NCBI GenBank assembly: GCA_951406725.2
Contig: OX597839.1
Coordinates: forward strand, 27,466,001-27,530,000
Reading direction: 5' to 3'
Source: Octopus vulgaris
Taxonomy: Eukaryota
Length of the DNA: 64,000 nucleotides
The notes beneath the pieces were generated by a model. The model searched no databases. It worked only from the letters and a program-made list of their open reading frames with translations, and was not told where the DNA came from. Below are positions 44,801 to 58,129 of the stretch, one piece after another. The translations under genes and the position numbers were made by a program. How positions within the stretch are numbered: position 1 is the first letter of the stretch; every line of letters starts with the position of its first letter.

Positions 44801-46484
44801 TCCTATTTCATTTACTCTTTTACTCTTTTACTCTTTTACTTGTTTCAGTCATTTGACTGCGGCCATGCTGGAGCACCGCCTTTAGTCGAGCAAATCGACC
44901 CCCCGGGACTTATTCTTTGTAAGCGCAGTACTTATTCTATCGGTCTCTTTTTGCCGAACCGCTAAGTGACGGGGACGTAAACACACCAGCATCGGTTGTC
45001 AAGCAATGCTAGGGGGACAAACACAGACACACAGACACACATACATACACACACATATATATACATATATACGACAGGCTTCTTTCAGTTTCCGTCTACC
45101 AAATCCACTCACAAGACATTGGTCGGCCCAGGGCTATAGCAGAAGACACTTGCCCAAGATGCCACGCAGTGGGGCTGAACCCGGAACCATGTGGTTGGTT
45201 AGCAAGCTACTTACCACACAGCCACTCCTGGTGATAAGTTTTACAGAGTTATCTAATAAATGCAAAAGCGTTTGATGAAACGTGTCGGTAGTATCTGTTC
45301 CCGATTTCATTGTTCTAAGTTCAAATCCTGCAGAGGTTAGCTTTGTTTTTTAGTCTTCACTTGATAATTAATGTTTAGTAAGAGGCATTTCACACACCGT
45401 CGGCTCCACGCACTCCATGATACTATATTGGCTTCAAATTTTGGCACAAGGCCAGTAATTTCGGAGGATGGGGTTAAGTCTATTTCGTCGACGCCACTGC
45501 TCAACTCTTACTTATTCTATGGACCCTGGAAGGATGAAAGGAAAAGTCGACCTCGGCGGAATTTGAACTCAGAACATAGCGGCAGACGAAATACCTATTT
45601 CTTTACTATCCACAAGGGGCCAAACACAGAGGACAAACGAGGACAGACAAACGGATTAAGTCGATTATATCGACCCCAGTGTGTAACTGGTATTTATTTA
45701 ATCGACCCTGAAGGGATGAAAGGCAACGTTGACCTCGGCGGTATTTGAACTCAGAACGTAGCGGCAGACGAAATACCTATTTCTTTACTACCCACAAGGG
45801 GCTAAACACAGAGGTGACATACAAGGACAGACAAAACGGATTATGTCGATTACATCGACCCCAGTGCATAACTGGTACTTATTTAATCGACCTCGAAAGG
45901 ATGAAAGGCAAAGTGGACCAGGGCGGAATTTGAACTCAGAACGTACCGGCAGACGAAATACCACTAAGCATTTCGCCCGGCGTGCTAACGTTTTGCCAGC
46001 TCGCCGCCTGCATATGGAAATATGCAGCTGACAAGGTGGATTTGCATAAGTCTTACAGGATTGGGCAAGATGCCTTGTGGTATTTGATCCATTTCTTCGC
46101 GGCAGCATTGGTGCCAAAATATATCGGCCTAAGTTGGTGGCCTTCCCTTTCGATAAGCCGCAACTGGCGCGGAGAGGGAATACTTAGACTTATGGTTAAC
46201 TACCAGTCTTGATCAAATGAAAAATGTATCAGGCCCGGGTCTGACCATTGATGTGCAGAAGCATTGTAAGCCTTGACCAATGGAGAGCCCCTTCCACACG
46301 CACACAAGTACACTCCACCAATTACTGACCACACCGCCACCACCATCACTACTACCACTATGTTACACCAATACTACATTGCTGGGGTCAGCGAGATTTA
46401 AGTTGTTTCTGTCATTGAACAAATGTCAACAGCGTTAGACAAAGGAATTATGAAACCAGCCGTGAGACTGGGAAGAGGATGAGG

Positions 46485-47470
46485 CGGAGAAGGAGGAAGA
46501 AGAAGAAGAAGAAGTAGAGGAGGAGAAAGAAGAAGAAAGAAGAAGAAGAGGAGGAGGAGAAAGAAGAAGTAGAGGAGGAGAAGAAGGAAGAAGAAGAAGA
46601 AGAAGAAGTAGAGGAGGAGGAGAAAGAAGAAGAAGAGGAGGTGGAAAAGAAAGAAGAAGAAGGAGAAGAAGGAGGAGAAGAAGAAGTAGAAGAGGAGGAA
46701 GAAGAAGAAGAGGAGGAGAAAGAAGAAGAAGAAAGAAGGAGAAGGAAGAAGAAGAAGAAGAAGAAAGAAGAAGAAGAAGGAGGAGAAAGAAGAAGAAGAA
46801 GAAGAAGAAGAAGAAGAAGAAGAAGAGGAGGAGAAAGAAGAAGAAGAGGAGGAGAGAGAGGAGGAGGAGGGGAAGAAGGAGGAGGGAGAAGTAGAAGAGG
46901 AGGAGGAGGGTGAGTAAATGTTTTCCTCGATGAAAGGTTGACGGATGTCATTGTTCTTCATGCTTCAGTGGTTCTCGGTGTGACGCGGAGCAAGTTGTGA
47001 CATTCAGGACACTTTCGTGTTTAATCATCATCATCGCCGTCGTCCTCAGCACCACCACCACCACCACCGCTATCACCACCACTAACACCGTCGACATCAT
47101 CATCATCATCACCACCACCACCACCTCCACCTCCACGATTATCCCTCCTGCTGTCATCATCACCACCATCATCATCATCGTCATCTTTGTTCATCATAAT
47201 CATCATCATTCTCAACATCATCATCGTCGTCGTCGTCTTTGCTGCTATTATGACGTATAATCATAGTCATGACCATCATCATCAGCAGCAGCGCCATCAT
47301 AATCGTCATCATCATAATCATCACCATTACCATAATCATGATTATGATCATGATCACTAGCACCACCACCACCACCACCATCATCATACCATCATCATCA
47401 CTAGCACCATCATCACCACCACCACCACAACCACCATCACCACCACCACCACCACCACCACCATCATCGT

Positions 47471-47539
<69 letters not shown>

Positions 47540-47685
47540 CATTATCATCATCCTCCTCATCATCATCCTCATCATCATCATCATCATCATCACCATCCTC
47601 CTCCTCATCATCCTCATCCTCATCATCATCATCATCATCCTCCTCCTCATCATCATCATCATCCTCATCATCATCATCCTCATCC

Positions 47686-47740
<55 letters not shown>

Positions 47741-47895
47741 CATCATCATCCTCATCATCATCATCATCCTCATCCTCATCCTCATCATCATCATCCTCAT
47801 CATCATCATCATCATCCTCATCATCCTCATCATCATCATCCTCATCATCCTCATCATCATCATCCTCATCATCATCCTCATCATCCTCATCATCA
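46485..47895. repeat. Compound trinucleotide microsatellite block (GAA/GGA, CAC/CAT, CAT/CCT)
   Basis: Directly visible; produces the spurious poly-D/E/S/M ORFs. Confidence 0.95.
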
Positions 47896-48482
47896 TTCAT
47901 CCATTCATCCATTCATTCATCAACGATGTGTCCATTGAACATTTTCATCACTCTCTGACACTCAACACGTAGAGGATTCATTTACACACCTCTACCGCCG
48001 CCGCCGCCGCCAACATCACCACCACCACCACAACAACAACAACAACAGCAACGATCACAACCACCACCACCACCACCACCACCACCACCACCACCACCAC
48101 CGTCACCACTTTCCGCGTGATTCCATCCACCCAAGACCTGCTTCGCCATTACGAGCGATAATTAGTTGACGTTTTAATTAATAACAAAGACACAGGAATC
48201 AGTTACGAAATGAAGAACTAAAGACAGCAACAGGAATTAATTGCATTCGGTGCCAATAATCGGTGACATCGCAGATGGTTGGAGGCGGTGCCGCGGTGCG
48301 ATCGCCGACTTTAGGACATGGAAATGGACAAGTGTGAACAACCTGCACATGTGTGTAGAATTGGATGTGTGTACGTGTGTCAATATATGCATCTATATAT
48401 TAAGGTATGTAGATGTGTAGATATATGTGCATATACACGTATATATTAACTCATGGATAGGCAATCAGATTTTCGTATATTT

Positions 48483-48533
<51 letters not shown>

Positions 48534-48665
48534 AATATATATACGTATGTGTGAATGTATATATATATATATATATATGTTGTGCCCACATATGCATATA
48601 TACATACGTATAGATGTAAGTATGTACATATACGTATGTATATATGCATATATACATATATATAT

Positions 48666-48702
<37 letters not shown>

Positions 48703-49322
48703 AATATGTGTATATATATCTATATGTCTAGGTATATATGTGTGTGTAGATACATACATACACACGTACATATTTATTCATGGATGCGCGTGTCAGATCT
48801 TCGTATATTTACGTGGTTGTTTGTGTGTGTGTAAACATTTATATATTGTGACTATAATCATAAACTTTCATCGTATTTTGACTTTGGAAAAGAGTCTATT
48901 ATTAGGGCATATAAACCCCCGACGGGAAAATAGCTAATATATATATATATATATATATATATCCTTTACGTTCGTTCACGGGAAACATTTTGCTGAATAT
49001 GCATATAAAAAGTTCCTATACTATTATGCCGGCTACACCTAATGATAATCAAATTTGTCCCTTAAATACATTCCGATAGGCTCGACAAATGGCATAATAG
49101 GAGATATAGAAATACATAATAGCTTCCCTTGAACCATTTACTTATGTAAATCAACATAATTCAATAAATTACAAAACACACTTGCATTTTGTTAGCTTTC
49201 CCAATGTCCCCAAATTACGTGGAAATCTATTTTTGAAGCCCCCACAAACTGGCAATGGCTGATTCGATGCGTCACGTGACAATTACCTGTGTTAATTTAC
49301 ATATTCTAGCTTGTCACAGCGG

Positions 49323-50015
49323 TACGAATGAGTACCCACGAAAAACCGTAATTTTGCAATATTATTTTATTCACTTAGTATTACATGTTTACACTTTTAT
49401 CACCTTCAAAGTATTCTCCATTTGAAGCAGAGCATCAGTCCAGGCGCGTTTTCCACTATTCAAAGCAGAGCTGGAACTCTTGCGAAGTGATGCCTTTTAA
49501 CGCCTCCGTCGTTTTTTACCTTCACCTCTTTCACATCTGCAAATTCCGTAGCAGCAGTTTTCGTCAGCAGTGATGACTTTTCAGAACAGGTCCGGATCAA
49601 CTTCCAGCAGTTCTTTTAGTTCACGGCACGTATTCAGTCGTGACTGCTTTTGATCTTCCGTGAGCAAACGAGGCACAAATTTTGACATAACTCTTTTCAT
49701 TCGTAATTCCTCGCTCAAAATGTGTTGGCAGGAGCTCCAAGACACACCAGTCATATCACCAAGTTTATCAATTGTCTGATGACTGCCCTCCAAGATCAGT
49801 TCATGAATTTTTCATTCGTTTGGGAGGTCAACGGTAGTCTTGAACGAGATTGGTCTTCAAGTGACCATTCCTTAAGCATGGAAATCACTCGTAAACTTGT
49901 GTTTTGCTCATGGCAACCAATTGTTTTATGCGAATTGATCTTCACAATTGTTCAAGCTTGTCACACTGAAGTATTGGTACTCGGCTCGGTGTACAGCACT
50001 CATCCTCACTGTGAT
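49323..50015 (-). pseudogene. Internally deleted mariner remnant
   Basis: N-terminal HTH/linker ILSEELRMKRVMSKFVPRLLTEDQK (49581-49793) and C-terminal GEYFEGDKSV* near 49390-49425; catalytic region missing. Confidence 0.8.
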
Positions 50016-50016
50016 T

Positions 50017-50101
<85 letters not shown>

Positions 50102-50103
<2 letters not shown>

Positions 50104-50234
50104 TAAGTAATTAAGGGTTTAGCAACGATTTGCCTCACCACACACCGAATTTAGAAATAGCAGTCAAAGAGTTTGGCTATTCTTTCTACTTAGTGTGGTG
50201 AGGCAAATCGTTGCTAAACCCTTAATTACTTAGT
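50102..50234. repeat. Perfect 42-bp inverted repeat beside (TA)n
   Basis: 50102-50143 is the exact reverse complement of 50193-50234. Confidence 0.9.
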
Positions 50235-50334
50235 ATTACTTAAACCTTCCTTGAATGGGGCTTTTACATGCCAAAATCTACTTGGTGAAATTGATGATTA
50301 TTCCAAATTAATTAATTTCACCCTATATTATTAT

Positions 50335-50374
<40 letters not shown>

Positions 50375-50600
50375 GGTTATTGTATCCTCATTAGAGCTTA
50401 ATAAATCCAAAACTTAATTGGTTTAATCTCCATCATGTTAGAAGTAAATTTCTACGCAGTGTTATCGATTATAGTAGTCAAATTTAATAATATAAGAAAA
50501 TGAAGAAATAAATCGGTGTATTTGATTTATTTGCATCATAGTTTGTTTTTAAGATATAAATACGGATAAATTTCTTTTTTAGAAACATCATAGAAGACTC

Positions 50601-50716
50601 AAAAACCTACATCTGCTTCGATTCTAGTCCCTTGGTAATACTTTATTCAAAACATTTGGGTTTAATCGAATGTTAAGAATTGTAGTTGTAAGGGGTAGAA
50701 TCTCATCAGGGTTTTT
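50601..50716 (-). ncRNA. Type-I hammerhead motif with extended stem II
   Basis: Minus strand: AAAAACC-CUGAUGA-GAUUCUA...UAGAAUC-GAAG-CAGAUG-UA-GGUUUUU; 7-bp stem I, 7-bp stem II, one core change (GAAA to GAAG). Confidence 0.7.
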
Positions 50717-51346
50717 GTTTTAATGATAATAGCTTCCCTTGAACCATTTACTTATGTAAATCAACATAATTCAATAATGACAAGAATTCAAATTCATAAC
50801 TAAAGGAGTTTGAGATGTTATTTCATATACATATATATATATATAATGTGTATGTATTTGGAAAAGAAATATATGTTTTGTAAAAATAAATATTAAATTA
50901 AGTAAAATAAAAAAAACAATATACTAACTTAAAAATATATATTTGATTATGAATATCTAAAATACTGTTATAACTTTATGGCAAAATAATAATGTAATAA
51001 AAATAAAAATAAATTAAAATAAAATAAATTAGGAAATTACACAATGAATAATCATTCCTACTAAAGGCACAAGGCCTGAAATTTTGGAGAAGGGGACTAG
51101 TCGATTATGTCGGCCTCAGTATTTCACTGGTACTTAATTCATCGACCTCGAAAGGATGAAAGGCAAAGTTGATCTCGGCGGAATTTGAGCTCAGAATGGA
51201 GTTACGGGCGAAATACCGCTAAGTATTTCGTCCAGCGTGCAAACGATTCTGCCACCTCGCCGCTTTAATTACACTATGAATAATAAATAGTAAATAAACC
51301 GTTATAATAATATAAGAATTTTCAATGGATTGCAAGTGGATTCTAG

Positions 51347-51719
51347 GGCCCAGTGGTTAGGGCAGCGGACTCGCGGCCGTAGGATCGCGGTTTCGATTCC
51401 CAGACCGGGCGTTGTGAGTGTTTATTGAGCGAAAACACCTAAAGCTACACGAGGCTCCGGCAGGGGATGGTGGTGATCCCTGCTGTACTCTTTCACCTCA
51501 ACTTTCTCTCACTCTTACTTCCTGTTTCTGTTGTACCTGTATTTCAAAGGGCCGGCCTTGTCACTCTCTGTGTCACGCTGAATATCCCCGAAAACTACGT
51601 TAAGGGTACACGTGTCTGTGGAGTGCTCAGCCACTTACACGTTAATTTCATGAGCAGGCTGTTCCGTTGATTCGGATCAACCGGAACCCTCGTCGTCGTA
51701 ACCGACGGAGTGCTTCCCA
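51347..51719 (+). mobile_element. tRNA-headed SINE family A (representative copy)
   Basis: Head ggcccagtggttagggcagcggactcgcgg..ggtttcgattccc (A and B boxes). Other copies at ~4108-4446(-), 4522-4846(+), 5179-5562(-), 16261-16370(-), 43660-43850(+), 52601-52737(+), 54417-54702(+), 62755-62935(-). Confidence 0.85.
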
Positions 51720-51956
51720 TATCCATGTATATGTGCTCATCGAATCATATCTCATCAAATTTGATCGTTTATATACGTGTTAGTATCTACTCAAATTTGA
51801 ATATTCGATCCGTTAATATTATTCAAGTTAATATATATATATACATTCTTAGACCTATATACCATGTATACAGTGAGCGTGCATATTATCTTATATATAT
51901 TGTGTCGTCTCTTTGAGTGTTTTGCGTTCTTGTCCCATTTTGTATTTTTATATATA

Positions 51957-52000
<44 letters not shown>

Positions 52001-52209
52001 ATAAAATTTTTTCTAAAAAATTTATCAATGGCCGGCATATTAAAAAATACCTTTAAAGGTTAAATTTATAAATAACTTATAAAACAAGGGCAAAAGAAAA
52101 AAGTTCTAATGCCAAATATGCCGAAAATAGACAAATTGCCAATAACCATTATAATTTATCACTATTAACATGCATATCGAAACAAGCCGACAGAAATTTC
52201 TAAAAAATT

Positions 52210-52280
52210 CGTTATTACTGTATTGGTCCCAATTTCAGAGTGAATTCATAAGAATTTTCTCCTCGTCAGCGATAAATACG
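52210..52280 (-). ncRNA. Type-I hammerhead ribozyme motif with intact core
   Basis: Minus strand: cguauuuaucg-CUGACGA-GGAG aa AAUUC uuau GAAUU ca CUCU-GAAA-UUGG ga CCAA-UA-caguaauaacg; stem I partly mismatched. Confidence 0.7.
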
Positions 52281-53167
52281 TAAGACAGAAATGAAATACT
52301 TACTTATACCCATGGAAGAAGCAAGCACTAAGTCATGAGCAGACCTAAGTACCCCAAATATATCCAAAATAGAAAATCTCCAGCACATCTCGAGACACGT
52401 GCGATTCGAACCAGAAACTTCCACAGAGTGAGAGAATCCGGAAATGAACGCTATTAAATTTACATCTAATATAGGATGAAATTTTTCGAAAAAGATTTTT
52501 ATCAAATGGCCAGCATGTTAAAAAATACCCTTTAAAGGTTAAATTTAAAAGAAATAAAAGAAAAAAATTCTACTGCCAAATATGTTATATATACAAACAA
52601 GGAGGCGCAATGGCCCAGTGGTTAGGGCAGCGGACTCGCGGTCGTAGGATCGCGGTTTCGATTCCTAGACCGGGCGTTGTGATTGTTTATTGAGCGAAAA
52701 CACCTAAAGCTCCACGTAACCGACGGACTGCTTCCCATAAACAAACAAACACAACTGAAAACAATACCTCCGCTTGGCGAAAGCGGAGCTAATAATATAA
52801 TAATCCATATTCTATATTAGTTAGAATATATAGAAATCTAAGAATCTCTATCTATCAGTTCATGTGTTGATGTTCCTAGAAAATGCGTATTACGTATCTA
52901 TGTAATAAGTAGTATGTGTATTACGTCAGTGATTCGTGTTTAGTCAAAGTAAAAGCCAACGGAGTGTTATATAGCTGTCTTTTCATTCAAATATCTTATT
53001 GGGAGTTAATACAATAACTGAATTATTAATATAATTGTTAAAATTTATATTATTTATTTGTAATAAATTTATCTATTTTGTAATACTACTGAATACAATT
53101 ATGGGAAATTAAATTTATATCTTAAAAACAAACTATGACACAAATAAATTAAATACACATATTTATC

Positions 53168-53868
53168 TCTCCATTTTCTTATAATTTTTATTTTAACTAT
53201 GATGGACTCTCCCGTCGGTTTCGACGTTTGAGGCTCCGGCAGCCTACACTTTAACTCTTCATTTTCTTATAATTTTTATTTTAACTATGATGGACTCTCC
53301 CGTCGGTTTCGACGTTTGAGGCTCCGGCAGCCTACACTTTAACTCTTCATTTTCTTATATTATTAAATATAACTATGATGGACTCTCCCGTCGGTTTCGA
53401 CGTTTGAGGCTCCGGCAGCCTACACTTTAACTCTTCATTTTCTTATATTATTAAATATAACTATGATGGACTCTCCCGTCGGTTTCGACGTTTGAGGCTC
53501 CGGCAGCCTACTCTTTAACTCTCCATTTTCTTATATTATTAAATATAACTATGATGGACTCTCCCGTCGGTTTCGACGTTTGAGGCTCCGGCAGCCTACT
53601 CTTTAACTCTCCATTTTCTTAAATTATTAAATTTAAATGTGATGGACTCTCCCGTCGGTTTCGACATATGAGGCTCCGACAGCCTACTCTTTAGCTCTCC
53701 ATTTTCTTATATTATTAAATTTAACTATGATGGACTCTCCCGTCGGTTTCGACGTTTGAGGCTCCGGCAGTCTACTCTTTCACTCTTCATTTTCTTATAT
53801 TATTAAATTTAACTATGATGGACTCTCCCGTCCGTTTCGACATATGAAGCTCCGACAGCCTACTCTTT
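53168..53868. repeat. Tandem array of 8 x 88-bp units
   Basis: gatggactctcccgtc recurs at 53201, 53289, 53377, 53465, 53553, 53641, 53729 and 53817. Confidence 0.97.
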
Positions 53869-54294
53869 CTTTGTCAGTCTTAGTATTTATATTGAATGTC
53901 ACATTTAAGTCCCACCAACGATTTGCAAAGTAGGCCACAGATGTTGCAAGTTTGAAGATTACAGGTCGGTGTAGGTAAAACATTTGTAGCCGCTTTTCTC
54001 CTTTGCCTTGCATCCTGAGCCGGTTAATGCTGTTTGCAACACAGCATTTAATACCTATTTCTTTACTACCCCCAAGGGGCTTAAACACAGAGAGGACAAA
54101 CAAGGACAGACAGACGGATTAAGTCGATTATATCGACCCCAGTGCGTAACTGGTACTTATTTAATCGACCCCGAAAGGATGAAAGGCAAAGTCGACCTCT
54201 GCGGAATTTGAACTCAGAACGTAGCGGCAGACGAAATACCTACAAGAGGGTAGTAAGAATGGCTGCTTTATAGACTTGATGTATATGTGTGTGT

Positions 54295-54351
<57 letters not shown>

Positions 54352-54984
54352 TGCGTGCGTGTGTGTATGCAAATATAACACTTCGTTTTAATTTTACATA
54401 TGTATATATAAATGTGTGGAGGCGCAATGGCCTAGTGGTTAGGGCAGCGGACTCGCGGTCGTAAGATCGCGGTTTCGATTCCCAGACCGGGCGTTGTGAG
54501 TGTTTATTGAGCGAAAACACCTAAAAGCTCCACGAGGCTCCGGCAGGGGGTGGTGGCGATCCCTGCAGTACTCTTTCACCACTCTTTCTTCTGTTGGCCT
54601 GCTCGCTTAGCCAGCGTGGTGGCGTCATTCGAAGGCTAAAACAATGCGAACGCATTGTGACCAGCGATGTGTAACAACATCTAATGGACTGGTCGGTCAC
54701 GTGATATATAAATGTGTGCGTACGTATGTTTCTTATGTGTATATATACGCAGCTCCACAAAACCATGTATTTATGTACATGTATTCTTCTATCCTTTTAC
54801 TTGTTTCGATTATTTGACTGCGGCCATGCTGGAGCATTGCCTTTAGTCGAACAAATCGATCCCTAGACTTACTCCTTGTAAGCCTAGTGTTTATTCTATC
54901 GGTCCCTTTTCCCGAAGTGCTAAGTTACAGGGACGTAAACACACGAGCATCGGTTGTCAAGGGATGGCGGTGGAACAAACACAG

Positions 54985-55043
<59 letters not shown>

Positions 55044-55372
55044 CGACAGACTTCTTTCAGTTTCCGTCTACCAGACCCATTCACACGGCTTTGGTCAGCG
55101 TGAGGCTGTAGTAGAAGACACTTGTCCAAGGTGCCACGCAGTGAGACTGAACCCGGAACCATGTGATTGAGAAGCAAGCTTTTTACCATACAGCCACGCG
55201 TGCACCTATGTATATATGAAATACGTTTAAATAACAGCAAGAATATGTATGCGTATATACTATTAATAATATATACGCATACATATTAATATATATATAT
55301 ATATATATATAAAGTGTGTATGTATGCATATACATATACATATATATATATATATACATACATATATACATC

Positions 55373-55410
<38 letters not shown>

Positions 55411-55665
55411 GATATAAATATCTATATACACACACATATATATATATATGTATATATAAGCACACATACACACACAGTCGCCATGATAGATCGTTAGCCA
55501 CTACACGCATTTTTTTCTCTCCTTGTTTTTTCCTTATCCCTTTCTGTAGAAGAGCGTAGGCTCGAAATCTAAAATACATTTTCTGTTCCTGAGCGTTATA
55601 CTAATACACCTGTTTGTTTTGTACACCACCTGTCTTCGTCTTTTGTTTTTCTTTTCGTAAACTCT

Positions 55666-55709
<44 letters not shown>

Positions 55710-56147
55710 GCATGCATATATACATGCACACATGCATATATTCATATGTGCATAACTGTTTCTATGCACATACATACACTTACGTATACATACATATACA
55801 CACGCTCACACACACGTACTCGCACACGCACATATACACATGTCAACTCCCGTAAACACATAAAGACAAACACAAACATATACATTCATACGCATGCGCG
55901 TGTGGCTGCGTGTTTGTGCATGCATTTATAAGTACGCAAGGCGGATAGTTATAAATATTCGAACGTATATCACGCAGAGTCCAATACGGAGTAACACCCA
56001 CGCGCTTCTTCACGTGCGTTTGTACGTAATTGATTAAATCTTTAATGAGCGAAGAATGTTCGATCCCATATTAGGAATACGAGAAACATAAATGAGAATC
56101 AAGAATTCAGGTGTTATTTATATGTGTGTGTATGTGTATATAAATAT

Positions 56148-56211
<64 letters not shown>

Positions 56212-56252
56212 GTATATATATATATATGTATGTATGTATGTATATATATGAA

Positions 56253-56284
<32 letters not shown>

Positions 56285-56402
56285 AATATGTGTGTGTGTA
56301 TATATGTATGTATATATATGCATACATACAAGCTTTAGTTTATATATATATACATATACATACATATATATATATACATACATATACATACTTATATATA
56401 TA

Positions 56403-56461
<59 letters not shown>

Positions 56462-56694
56462 GCATATATACTTATATATATATACTCATATATACATATC
56501 TATACACATATATATGCATATATATATTCATATATATATTTATTCATATATACATATATATATATAAACATACACATATATACATATTTATATATATATA
56601 TATATATTGATATATATATATACATGTATATATATATATATACATATATATATATTTATTCATATATACATATATATATAAAACATACACATAT

Positions 56695-56751
<57 letters not shown>

Positions 56752-57041
56752 CATATATATATATATATTCATACTTATTATGTTGTGAGAAGTAGGTTGA
56801 TATGTACATACATGCAAAATACATAACTAACATATATATGTCTATGAGTACTTATATACCTATACATGACTAGAACTGTGTTTAGTATACACCCACTCAT
56901 AGAATTGTTTAGAAACAGGGCAAGCGATGAACATGCATTCGCAGACGTAGGTGTATATTATGGATTTCTGTTATCATTTATTTGTAAACATACCAACGTA
57001 TACACTAGCACGCATGCGTGAGTATATATATATATATATAA

Positions 57042-57072
<31 letters not shown>

Positions 57073-57140
57073 GATGGTTGTACGTACGTATGTGCTTGCA
57101 TGTATATCTCTACGTCTATATCTGTCTATCTATCTGCCTG

Positions 57141-57196
<56 letters not shown>

Positions 57197-57213
57197 CCTA
57201 CCTACTTACCTAC

Positions 57214-57320
<107 letters not shown>

Positions 57321-57333
57321 CCTACCTACTTAC

Positions 57334-57479
<146 letters not shown>

Positions 57480-57988
57480 ATGTATGTGTTACTACATGTC
57501 AGTGCGTGCCTACATATATGTATGTGTGTGTGTGTGTGTGCAAAAACTGGATCACATATTTATAGATACATTTGTACAAAGGTGAGTGGGGAGGTTAAGG
57601 TATTGATGCAGGCGTTCGCCACCTCGCACACGTACACACACACAGACACACACACACACACGCACACACACACACACACACACACACGTTCACACAAATA
57701 CATATGCACACACACGAACGCACGCACGCAAACAGGCACACACACACACACATCTGATTGAAGTGTTTTTGTTACATTGGGATAAAGTGAAAGTAGAAAA
57801 AGGAAATCAGGTGTTACAACACAACTTAATGTCGTCGTCGTCGTCGTAGTAGTAGTAGTAGTAGTAGTAGCAGCAGCAGCAGTTCTTGTAGTAGTAGTAA
57901 TAGTTTGGTTTTGTTATTTGTGTTGGTGTTGGTAGTAGTGGTGGTGGTGGTAATATTAGTATTAGTAGTAGTAGTATTAGTAGTAGTT

Positions 57989-58026
<38 letters not shown>

Positions 58027-58086
58027 AATAGCAGCAGCAGCAATACTAGTAGCAGTAGTAGTTTGGTTTTGTTATTTGTGTTGGTG

Positions 58087-58129
<43 letters not shown>

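Noticed and set aside
47181-47912. 243-aa poly-Asp/Glu ORF
   Set aside because: Pure CAT/CCT trinucleotide repeat, open in several frames, with no supported exon context.
53168-53868. CRISPR-like array or tandem hammerhead satellite
   Set aside because: Linkers are near-identical rather than unique spacers, there are no cas genes and the context is eukaryotic; the three-way junction lacks the CUGANGA, GAAA and UH core.
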